From Octopus bimaculoides (lineage: Eukaryota), in contig NC_068984.1 in NCBI RefSeq assembly GCF_001194135.2, positions 71,149,923 through 71,213,922 of the forward strand: 64,000 bases of DNA, in the 5' to 3' direction. The notes under the pieces are model-generated. The model was not told where the DNA came from, did no database searches, and saw only the letters and a program-made list of their open reading frames with translations. The position numbers and the translations under genes were made by a program. Positions 26,120 through 37,020 of this stretch are shown one piece after another; within the stretch, counting starts at the first letter, position 1, and every line of letters begins with the position of its first letter.

Positions 26120-26630
26120 TTTTTTAATCTCCTATTGGTGTGTATCAAGAGGGCGTGCACACACCAGCCCTTTTGTCCCTATTCCTTACTCATATTGCTG
26201 CTGTAAAGAACAGATATAGAACTGAGAATAAAGTACGATGAAAGCGTCTTCAGTCGAAGCTGTTTCCTGTCAAAGTACAAAGGATCAATTTGCAGCATTT
26301 CAAAAAGACAGTATGTGGATGATAATGGTGAATTCAATCATGACTAAATTAAACAACCAAACTGAAACTCTTACAAACAAATGTCTCTTAGTGTCTCGAC
26401 ATAATATCAAAACACATTTGACATAAACAAAATTACGTGCACCGGCCAGAAAATATACGTAAATGGCCATCGCCAAGCTGTCCGTATACCAACCATGTTT
26501 TCAGCACGCCTGTCCTGATATAGTGACATCACATGAGACGACTTGAACAGTTCCAACAATGAAATTCTTTTACATATTAGAAATATTGAGAAATTACTGG
26601 AACAAAATGATAAACACCTATTAGTTAGAA
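26120..26630 (+). mobile_element. RTE-type LINE RT fragment (decayed)
   Basis: GVYQEGVHTPALLSLFL (cf. GVKQGCVLAPTLFSLF), IELRIKYDESVF, IPTMF...HHMRRLEQFQQ (cf. RHIRRLEQFHQR). Confidence 0.75.
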
Positions 26631-26830
26631 CATACATCAATGGAAAGCAACAATGTGATCATGATCATCATTAGGTATCAGTAGCGCTGGGCAGGTCACG
26701 TTGAAAAAGTGAGTAACTACGACAGATCAATATTTTCGAGTACCGAAACAGAGGTTGACAGAAGTCCTAAAGAACAATAAAAGGAAGTAGGAGGAGAAGT
26801 AGGAGAAAGAGGGATATTATATTTGATTAC

Positions 26831-26900
26831 TCCTATCATAAATGGAAATGGGCTGTGGCAGTAAGGTTGTACCCATTTTCACATTAGGATCAGTAAACAT
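26831..26900 (-). CDS. Candidate 70-nt exon (MFTDPNVKMGTTLLPQPISIYDR)
   Basis: Acceptor tgtctaattatgtAG, donor GTAATC; only phase 0 is open; protein-like composition. Confidence 0.5.
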
Positions 26901-27941
26901 CTACATAATTAGACACAAGCAGAGACACATGTACACGCACGCACACAAGTGCACACGCACGCACACACGCGCACACGCACGCACGCAGCTACCATCAGTA
27001 AATGCTATAACTTTCTTTACGTTTCGATCTGTTCTTCTTTTCTTTTTTTTATAACACCGAGGCAAACAGAACTCTAGATAGTTCCAGCATAAAGTGGCTA
27101 TGCATTTGCAACCAAATTTTTGAGATGTCTTCGATATGGGCCAGTCGGCGTGAAAATGTCTGTAACAGTGTGCCTAGTTTTATACCATGACCAGTGATAT
27201 ACTACTCGACAATATAAATATATAACAGCTCTACATATCTTTTAGAATGTGTTTTTTCATAGACAATTGTTAATATATACACACGTATATGCGTGTTCGT
27301 ATGAATATATGCAGAAGTATTTATATCTCTCTGTATATATGTGTGTGTATTACACACACACACACATATATATAGACATGATATGTGTGTATATTTCTGC
27401 AGGCATGTACAAATGCGCACACAGAGCTCTTAAAGAACGCACAAATACATATGCACACATATTACACACACGTACGCGGAAACATCGATATACAAAACTT
27501 TTTCTTACTCTCATGCAATGTATAAGCGTATGTACAAGTAAGCACATATAGATGTAATCACACATACTCTCACCTAGCAAAGCTGGTAGTAGATGTGTGT
27601 TTGTATTGTATATATGTAGCATGTGTATATGCTGTGAGAACACAGCAGTAGTTAGGGTCTTAAAAATGAATAAGTACCAAATATAGACATGAAAAGATAC
27701 CATGCAAATAAATATTAATAGTGCTAGACTATTAAACTTTTGTAAAAATCTTGCTGCAGGAAATACAAAACCTAAAGTTTAATTAGACTTAAAATGGCAG
27801 GTTTCCAAAAGAAAATATTTATAAACTTCAGCTATGTATATATGTATATATGAATGGATGCTTCCAGTAATGTCAGATGCATTCTTGCGTGCATGTGTGT
27901 ATGTATGTATGCATGTATCTATCTATTTAAGTATATGTATT

Positions 27942-28046
<105 letters not shown>

Positions 28047-28084
28047 TCACACACGCACAGACACACACACACACACACACACAT

Positions 28085-30000
28085 ATGCGTGCATGTAGGA
28101 AATGTACATATATAAGTGTGCGCGTGGTTTTAAGCATATGTTTATAAGTTATCTTTCATTTTTAATTATTTGAATTCTTTCAAGGAGCTGGTTTCCAACA
28201 AGGAAACAACGCTATTTCACCGGAATATTGATAACAAGAACAGTGAATGTATGTGTATATATGTGGTTAAGTTCTGTTTTTATTTCTCAAATTTCAGTGG
28301 AGAATGATCTTGTTTCTAACTAGAAACGTTTTTTTTCTCTTAAGGAAATTAGAGTATATCAACTGGGTAGTTTTGTGAGTATGTGTGTGCGCATGAATAT
28401 TGGTTTTCTTTTCTTTCTTTTTCTTATTGTTCGAATTTTCTCAACAAGAAAGTAACTGATTTCTTTCAGAGAAACAAATTTCCAACGCTGGAAATTAGAT
28501 AACAACAATAAGTGTTAGTAGTTTAGACAAGTCTCGCATATTGTTACGTATCCATTTACAGACTGTATTTGGAAAGTGAATGTTTTACATATATATTTGT
28601 GAATGTATGTAAGCATAAATGTATGGGTTATTGTCATTGCATACATACATCTGTATATTTCGACATTTGTATGTGCACACATGCCTACTATTGCATGTCT
28701 CTATAATATTTTACATATTATTCTTTTAGTCACAGTTCCATAAACGGCATTAGTTGTGTCCTTTCTATTCTGTGAAGCCCAGCATCTTAAGATTGTTGAA
28801 TCAGTTTGTCTCATATGCAAGTGCTATTTATGTATGTATGCAGGTATGCATGTATGTATGCCTGTAATTACATATATAAGTACGTTTGTACGTGAGAAAT
28901 CAGAATGCAGATTATCTGAAGAAACACTGCAAGAGAGTAACGAGTTGACTCCATTTATCATATCAATATAAACAATAACTCTGCCACACGTATTATTCCA
29001 TAAAATTACATTGATTGGAGGCTTCGGTATTATTGTAGTACATGTTGGCACGAAATCCCCATATGCAATTCCATTTTTCAATCCATCTCTCCTCGAATTT
29101 GAAACGGTCTTCTCATGACGTCATACGAATTTGTGTTGATCTGTATATTTCTCATCATTTCTGTTCATGGAAGAAACTTTTTTTTTCCATCTAACATTCA
29201 AGAATGCTTATTTCTCAGTGTTTGGCAGAAACGTTAGCACGCTGCGTGAAATGCTTAGCGGTATTTCCTCTGTCTTTACGTTCCGAGTTCAAATTTCGCC
29301 AAGGTCGACTTTGCCTTTCATCTTTCCGAGGTCGATAAATTAAATACCAGTTGCGTACTTGGGTCGGTCTATTCGAATGGCTCCCTCCCCAAAATTTCGG
29401 GCCCTGAGCCTAGATTAGAAAATAGTATTCATGAAGCTAAAGGCGGCGAGCTGGCAGAAACGTTAGCACGCCGATAAAATGCTTCACGGTATTTCCTGTC
29501 TTTACCTTTTGAGTTCAAATTCCGTCGTGGTCAACTTTGCCTTTTATCCTTTCGGGTCACTACATTAAGGGACCAGTTGCGTACTGGGGTTTATCTAACC
29601 GACCGGACCCCCTCCCCTAAAATTTCAGGCCTTGTGTCTAGAGTAGAAAAGAATATTTATGAACCATAGTGCTGCACGTATATTAGCTGCCCACATTTGT
29701 CAAAATTCTTTTGATGTTGCTTGACGATTAATTAGGGCTAATTAATTCTTGTCAATAATTCTGCTGACTTACATATCTCGTCTTCTATTTCTTTTGGCTG
29801 CTTTCATAGCAGTAAGTACATTATATTGTTTGCAGCCGGCCTTACGCCGGATATACTTTTCTCATGCTTCTGCCGTTGTTTCCTTTTTGGAAACCAGCTC
29901 CTTGAAAGAATTCAAATAATTAAAAATGAAATATAACTTATAAACATATGCTTAAAACCACACGCACACTTACATAAGTATATTTCCTACATGCACGCAT
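28085..30000. repeat. ~127-bp inverted repeat pair (28085-28211 / 29874-30000)
   Basis: tgcgtgcatgtaggaaat...ggagctggtttccaacaaggaaacaacg reappears as a diverged reverse complement about 1.7 kb downstream. Confidence 0.88.
29221..29650 (+). mobile_element. Two tandem family-A SINE copies
   Basis: Both begin (ggcgagc)tggcagaaacgttagcacg and contain gagttcaaatt...gactttgcc. Confidence 0.88.
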
Positions 30001-30124
30001 AAGTGTGTATGTGTGTGTGTGCGTGCGTGAGTGCGTGTGTGAGTATATATATGCCACGGACAGTGTTCAGTCTTCCTTAATATGCGGGATACCCGTGACA
30101 AAAAATCCTTTCTACTAAAGGAAG

Positions 30125-30316
30125 AAGGCCTGGAATTTGAGGAGAGGGGCTAGTTGATTACATCGAGCCCAGTTCGTATCTGGTACTTATTTCATAAACT
30201 TCGAAAGGATGGAAGGCAAAGTCGACCTCGATGGAATTTGAACTCAGACCGTAAGGACGGACGAAATGCCGCTAAGCATCTTGCCTAGCGTGCTAAAGAC
30301 TCTGCCAGCTCGCCGT
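30125..30316 (-). mobile_element. Family-A SINE
   Basis: Reverse complement of the family-A consensus. Confidence 0.85.
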
Positions 30317-30639
30317 CTTCCCCGTGACAAATATTGAATACAAGTTTGAACAGAATTACCATCATTATGTGATCGGGTGACAGAAATGATGCGGCAACTG
30401 GTTGTCGCATGTTCGAGTCTTTGCATCAACGGAAATTGACAAACGGAAATAGTGTAATTGTATCTTAATGCTGATTTTATTCTAAAAGCGAATTGACTGG
30501 GTCTCGTTGGATGTTGGCTACTTTAACCAACGTCATTTTTTTTCATCTTTTTCACTTTCCCGATGTGAACATGTGATGTTAGCTGAGACATAAAAAAAAA
30601 AACAGACTTCCTAGCCTGTTACAATACATTACTCTCATC

Positions 30640-30870
30640 CCTCTCAAAGGTCCTTCTCGAACCATAGGCTCATAATACCGGTTTCCCGGATACTGTGCAG
30701 TATATATTTCCCGCTGGTCGAATGCCAGTCCATCGCAGGATTACTCGTTTCTGCCAGTTGAAGAGAATGGAGCAACGTGAAATGAAGTAGTTTGCTCAAG
30801 AACACAATACATCACCTGGTTCAGGAATCGAAACCACAATCTTACGATCATCAGTACAACACTCTGAACA
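30640..30870 (-). mobile_element. tRNA-derived SINE (family D) with gtgttcttgagcaaactacttcatttcacgttgctcc central domain
   Basis: B-box ggtttcgattcctg on the minus strand followed by the conserved central block. Confidence 0.75.
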
Positions 30871-32949
30871 CGAAACCATGCACATCCACATACACACCCG
30901 CATGCCCAGAAACCCACGCACGCATATAATCTATAAGACAAGAAAGAAATAATATATATATGTATAATATGTGTGTGTGTGTCTGTGTTTGTTCCCCTTC
31001 TTGACAACCAGTGTTGGTGTGTTTACATCCCTCTAAATTAGCGTTTCGGCAAAAGAGCCGAAAGAATAAGTACTAGTCTTAAAAAAATTTCATTCGGGTT
31101 TTAACCAAGTAGTTCAGTTTATTAAGCTTATCAACAGATATAGGGTATATTTATAACTGTTGTTATGTTACAATGATATACGGCAGCGAGATGGCAGATT
31201 CGTTAATATCCCGAGAAAATGGTTTAGGAATGAAAGATAAAACCCGAAATAAAAAACCGTCTGTTTCATACAATGTGCTTTCATATTAATGTGTCAATCT
31301 CCTAACATGTGCAGCTTAGCTTACGAAGACTATAGACTAATGTAAAGTAAAATTCAATTAATCATATAACAGCTGACTTATGCTGAACTTCACATAAGAT
31401 ATCATTGTAGAAGAAAACAGCCGAGATTCTTGCTGTAATTGCAAAATATTTGTACAGCAAATATATTGAATTACCAAATATCTGATGCTCAGATTAAATT
31501 TGTCACTTCATTTTGGTATTTCTCTAACAAACCAAGTTATACTATACAGTATGCATGCTGAAAAACCTATGCAATATCATGAATATTGAGACCTCAGAAA
31601 AAAATAATGTTCAACGCACATTTTCTCCCAACATGCTGCTCCACTTGACTAAGATAGTTTACATGCAAAAGCAAAGAACTAAAGTATTGAATAGACTTGC
31701 TTCCTTCTATATCAATTTTCTTTTTATCATTTAGCTCTTCAAGCAATATCAAAAGAAATGTCAATAAAAGAGGAACGGTGGTGTCTTGATTTACAATTTC
31801 TAGTCACTTATGTGTGTTTTATTGGTTAAATGAAATGAAGTGGAGACTGGCTGCTTGTGATCATGTAATTTACAGATTCTCAGTAAATTTCAGCTCCAGT
31901 TCATTATCTCTCTTCATGGTTCGGTGGATTCGCTTGGTAGAAACCAGTTGCAAATATTTTCTTCTCTTTAAATGAAGATGTTGCTATAGCTGTTAAGATA
32001 GTTCTAGGAATGATTAGTTCCAATGATTAAACAATACTTAGTTCTTGTGAACATAGAGAAGAGTGTGGTTAAGACACTAAGTATAATAGACCCAGCGGTT
32101 CTATGGTTCTATGGTGTAATACAAAGCAGATGCTTTAACATATAATGTAAAATTACAGAAATAAATAACAAAAATAAGATATAGAATGTATTTTCAAATG
32201 AAGCTTGATGTATCTATTGATTACCCATTGTGAATTATTAACTATCTGATGACACGTCCTTAATACCATCTAAGAGTATTTTATTAATAAATAAAAATAT
32301 TATATACAAATATGACATACACACATTTTGTTGAAGCGGGAATACATATAAGGAGGGTAAGCAGTCAGAAAAACAACAAGCTATGCATAAAGATTTATAG
32401 GGTATAATCACCGACATACTTTACGCTTTATCAAGGCGATCTACAATGCATTTCACTGGCTATCATGTCTTCCTTTTTGATGCTTTTGCTGTTGCTGAGG
32501 CCGAGACATGAGTAGATTAATAATGAAAGCATCACACTCCACTTTCGGAGTTGCAGTTTAGCTAATTCTGAATCCGTAATTTAATACTACTGAAGACATT
32601 CTACCCATGATCAACTCGTTTTTGTCGTTATTGCTAGTTCCACTGTATGATAACAATAGATTTGCTACTATTAATCCTGTAATCAGTAGAACATCTAGCA
32701 AGGCAGCCAACAGATCCGGTAGCAACAGCCAGAGTGCTTGGTAAGGAGTTTAATCATTTAACACCTTGCAGATTGGATAACAGTAACTATTTAGATGACG
32801 TATTAATTCAGAAGTATTAAGAGCCATTTAATAATAACCAGGTCTTCTATGATATCAGATTGTCATGTATATGCAGGCTGGCTTCTGAAATTACTATACA
32901 ATCACTAAACAATCACTATACAATCAGTATATTTTAGCCCGTAACTCAC

Positions 32950-32968
32950 CTCTGCGTGAGATTGCTAC
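32950..32968 (-). CDS. Candidate 19-nt exon (C-SNLTQ-R)
   Basis: Acceptor aattacAG, strong donor gag|GTGAGT; phase 1 to 2 fits after the 32-nt exon. Confidence 0.4.
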
Positions 32969-34194
32969 CTGTAATTACCATGATGTTAACAACTACGTCA
33001 GTTGGAAGTATATATTCAATATATCACAACAATTGCCTCACAGTTACGAAAGATAACTTTCTCTCTATGATGCTCCGAGCAATAGCAAAAGATTTACCTG
33101 AATGCAAAAAAAAAACAAAATCTTTATCTGGTTTGTAGATAGAAGCAAAGAGTGACTGAGCTAAGAGGCAAACAGAATCCTGGCATTAGAGTTGGAAAGA
33201 GACAACACCATAAAAAAAGCCACACTTTATAAAAGTAAGCAATCAGAAAATAATAAGACGGTATCGGGAATATGATTTATACACACTTTGACATTAAGTA
33301 ATTAAGAGAGAATTCGCGATTGTCTTTATCATAAAAGGTATGGCTAAACTGGACCAAGAACACTAACAACTCCTAATAACCAGTTCTGTAGGCTTCTTTC
33401 GAGATGTGATCAGCACACTTTTCAACTGATCTGTATTCATGAAATTACCAACTTCCATGTTGCAAAACAAGAGTTATAACGAACTCGGCAAATAGCTATG
33501 TGTGGTATGCCCCAAAGAGTCAAGTTGATATTCATGGATAATTTCAAAGCCCCAGTTAGTCAAGGAGCAGTAACTTTCTAAGTATATTTTACATACGCAC
33601 GCACGCATCCACACGCGCGCGCACCAAACACATTGTTATTGAAGAGGAGATGGCAACTCTTATGATAAACAATCATGTGAAATTTCGCTTCAGTTTGTGC
33701 TTCAAAGAGATTTTCATCATTATCATCGCAATATATGAAAATCAGAAAGAAAACTGGAAGTGCTTTACGAAGCTCTCTCATTTTTTCTCAACATTGTTGT
33801 TCCAGTAATTCATTTCACTTGAATACAGTCTATTCTCTGAGGTACATAAACTCCTTTCAGTTAAAAAATCAGTGAAATCATCAGAGGCTTGTAACAGAAT
33901 CATTGTATTTTGCTACCATTTTACATTAATATTGCAGAAATACTCTGTATGCTTCTTGGTTCCGAAAAATTCTAACTTTAAAACAAGGGGATTCCTGCTA
34001 TACTGTGAAAATATTGAAGACATAAACAAACTCAATGTTTCTACCAGGTCATGCTAGAATTACAGGAGGCTGATGATGTCTATGGTGGCTAGAACTATGT
34101 TTGTATACATACATCATACACACATCATACATACATCCATACATAGATACACACACACGCACACACATGCACACACACCCATACAGAGAGAGAA

Positions 34195-34210
34195 AGAGAG
34201 AGAGAGAGAG

Positions 34211-34278
<68 letters not shown>
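34195..34278. repeat. (GA)n microsatellite
   Basis: Directly visible. Confidence 0.98.
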
Positions 34279-34282
<4 letters not shown>

Positions 34283-34573
34283 TGGATAGATAAATGTTTG
34301 TTTTAATGTGGAGTTGTACGCAAGACAATAAAACAGTAAACTGAATAATTGCTCAATATTTTCGTAGAGAATATATTTATTATATATTTGTAAGAGCGGG
34401 GACAGCAACTTCGAAGATTCGACCTGCTAGCCTTTATTGGACAGCACTCCACTGGGGTTCATTTGATATTATTATCTTCCAATATTAACTTTCCATCACT
34501 ACGCACCATCCAAATATATTTTCCTCCCACAATTCTCTAACCATTTATACATCTACTTCCCAGACCTACTTAC

Positions 34574-34605
34574 AAGAAAAATAATCACCGTTCGCGTAGT
34601 TCCAC
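34574..34605 (-). CDS. Candidate 32-nt exon (R-WNYANGDYFS)
   Basis: Acceptor ttttttgttctgcgacAG, donor GTAAGT; phase 2 to 1 is open. Confidence 0.45.
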
Positions 34606-35613
34606 CTGTCGCAGAACAAAAAATTATCAGAGACTGTATTACTGCCACCCTCTTGTTGTGTGCATGTGTGTGTGTGTGTGCGTGTATGTGTATGTGTGTG
34701 TACGTGTGCGTACGTGCGTTGTTTTGCCGAAGAAATGAAAGAGATGCTCAATACATATTTTAGAGGATAGCGTTTTCTTTTTTTTATCGAAAGTGAAGGT
34801 TGAGTCTCCAACTAACATTCAGTTTCAATTAAAAAAATCTGTATATACAGAAAGAGCGAAGAACAAGAATCGATTTCAGCATTTGTCTAGTGTTTATTTA
34901 CTACCCTCTATAAAAATAGAAGACATAGTCGACTTTGGAAAACTATAAACCCAGGGTTAACCGAGAGCGAAAACTCACTGCAATTACTGCAATTATAGCT
35001 CTCCTTACTAAGTTAAACGCGTAATATACTTACGTTTCTCTGAGTTCGAATGTCTCTGAAGTTTAATTTGCCTTCTGTTATTCACAGGTTAATTAACATA
35101 TGTATCAGTAAAATACTGAATTCTATCCAATAATATACTGCAATGGAAAATTAGTTATTTCTAACCAATTACGTGCTGCAGCCCACTCTTATGGTCACAC
35201 AAATAACAAACTGACATTAAAGCACAAACATTTAATGTAGACAGAATCATGATTGTGAGATTAATAAGCTTGCTTTATAGCATAGCCACATACATTTTCA
35301 TACATCACACATAGCAATATAAACATAAATATACACACTCAGAAACGCATAGTTGCATATCCACATTCGTCTAATTCCACGACAAGAAATATTAGGCCAG
35401 CCAGTACATCATGGATGAATTTGTTTGATGGAAACTATGTGAACACCTGTAATATATATATATATATATAATATAGATTTAATCAAAAGATTAAATGTGG
35501 TACTTAAAATGTTTGAGGCACCAGAATTTGGTAGGGTAAAAACCAAAAAAACAAAATCAAGAGATTTGATGAATAAAATTTGAAGAAAAGCAACAAAAAT
35601 TCAATAGGTTATA

Positions 35614-35701
35614 GCAGTACGTACGTTTCGTACAAGCTCCATTTATTCATGTAGTGAGAACACTACATAGAATGTACAATGAAAATGTACTCCTCAGCTG
35701 C
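35614..35701 (-). ncRNA. Intact type I hammerhead ribozyme with extended helix II
   Basis: GCAG CUGAGGA GUAC(N53)GUAC GAA ACGUACGU A CUGC. G10.1-C11.1 is canonical, helix III is palindromic, triplet GUA. Confidence 0.85.
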
Positions 35702-35837
35702 ATAATGGAATTTCATTTCTTGTTTGATTCACTAGACTGTTGAACAGCAGCATAGTCAGTTTGATATGTTTTCTTCTTTTACTCTTGTTTTTTTGCACAC
35801 ATCTACAAAATGACTTTCTGAAATGAAATTCCAGTAT

Positions 35838-35925
35838 GCAGCTGAGGCGTACATTTTCATTGTACATTCTATGTAGCGTTCTCACTAAATGAATAAATGG
35901 AGCTTGTACGAAACGTACGTACTGC
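35838..35925 (+). ncRNA. Inverted hammerhead copy with A9C substitution (probably inactive)
   Basis: GCAG CUGAGGC GUAC...GUAC GAA ACGUACGU A CUGC. Confidence 0.7.
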
Positions 35926-36124
35926 TATAACCTATTGAATTTTTGTTGTTTTTCTTCAAATATATATATATATATATATTGTGAAGTATATTTGCCATTT
36001 AAATGTGGCTGACCCCTGCTTTTAGCCCCGGGAGGATATCTCCTCCAGCTGGCTATCGACACACTTCTGTGTCCTGCCTGTATTTGCCAAGGGAAGTTAT
36101 CCTTCCCATCTTGATCTACGATAC

Positions 36125-36167
36125 GTACGTACTCGAGTTTCAGGGTTATTTCCCTTCTTCAGCGTAC
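36125..36167 (-). ncRNA. Intact minimal type I hammerhead ribozyme (copy 1)
   Basis: GUACG CUGAAGA AGGG aaauaa CCCU GAA ACUCGAGU A CGUAC; predicted cleavage after GUA (36130/36129). Confidence 0.92.
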
Positions 36168-36475
36168 GACAATCGCCGACCTTCGATGCAAAAGATATCC
36201 CTTGGGAAATATATATACGTTTTTCCAGTAAAATTATTCACTGATATCGAAAAACTGAAAACAAGCAATGTTAAATCTCTGAACGATGTATTAACAGTAA
36301 CTGCACGATAAAGTGAAGTATATTTGCCACTTAAATTTGACTGACCCCGAGGGGTGGATGTTACTGTTGCTTTTAGCCCCACGAGGACATATCCTCCAGC
36401 TGGCTATCGACACACTTCTGTGTCCTGTCTGTATTTGCCAAGGGAAGTTATCCTTCCCATCTTGATCTACGATAC

Positions 36476-36519
36476 GTACGTACTCGAGTTTCAGGGTTAT
36501 TTCCCTTTCTTCAGCGTAC
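36476..36519 (-). ncRNA. Intact minimal type I hammerhead ribozyme (copy 2)
   Basis: GUACG CUGAAGA A AGGG aaauaa CCCU GAA ACUCGAGU A CGUAC (one extra A after A9); predicted cleavage 36481/36480. Confidence 0.9.
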
Positions 36520-36681
36520 GACAATCGCCGACCTTCGATGCAAAAGATATCCCTTGGCAAATATATATAAGTTTTTCCAGTGAAATTATTCACTGATATC
36601 GAAAAACTGAAAACAAGCAATGTTAAATCTCTGAACGATGTATTACTGTTAATACCTCGTTCAGAGATTTAACATTGCTTA

Positions 36682-36727
<46 letters not shown>

Positions 36728-36829
36728 TATGTATGAGTGTGTGCATATACATGTGCATTTGTAATCTATGTATGCGTGCATTTGTATGTGTGTGTGTTTG
36801 TTTGCGTGTTTTCCTCAGCATTCATATCT

Positions 36830-37020
36830 CATTGCTTGACAACTGGTATCGGGGTGCTTACGCCCCATCATCTGGCGGTTGGGCCAATGAGCCGGTTGAA
36901 TAAGTAAGTACCAGACTTACAAATAGATATTAGAGAGTAGTTTTTCGACTAAACCTTTTAATGAGGTGCCAGAGTATGTCTATAGTCCAATGACTAAAAC
37001 ATCTAAAAGATTAAAAGAAT
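36830..37020 (+). mobile_element. Degenerate SINE (family E; related pieces at 31000-31085, 41762-41905 minus, 15760-15890)
   Basis: Shared blocks gacaactggt..gtg.ttac..ccc, gaataagtac, cgactaaa, aatgactaaaac. Confidence 0.65.

Larger units (their letters stand above)
35577..35960 (-). mobile_element. Penelope-like 3' remnant with ~143-bp inverted terminal copies (35577-35719 / 35821-35960)
   Basis: Near-identical inverted arms. The spacer translates on the minus strand to SFCRCVQK...LVNQTRNEIPLCS, similar to the PLE C-terminal CxxC...LLNxRxE..C. Each arm contains a hammerhead. Confidence 0.75.
35981..36680 (-). mobile_element. Retrozyme-like tandem repeat: two ~351-bp units, each with a minimal hammerhead, ending in a fold-back
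   Basis: Copy 1 starts at 35981 and copy 2 at 36313; they differ by a 19-bp indel and scattered substitutions. No coding homology recognised. Confidence 0.8.

Noticed and set aside
35034-35055. Short exon candidate with GTAAGT donor
   Set aside because: It lies within a degenerate antisense family-A SINE, which commonly supplies cryptic sites.
35981-36680. CRISPR-like or twister-ribozyme reading of the tandem repeat (gttactgttgcttttagcccc)
   Set aside because: No repeat-spacer array, and the twister core (GGUCCCAAGCCC-type with pseudoknots) is not matched; the minus-strand hammerhead explains the structure.
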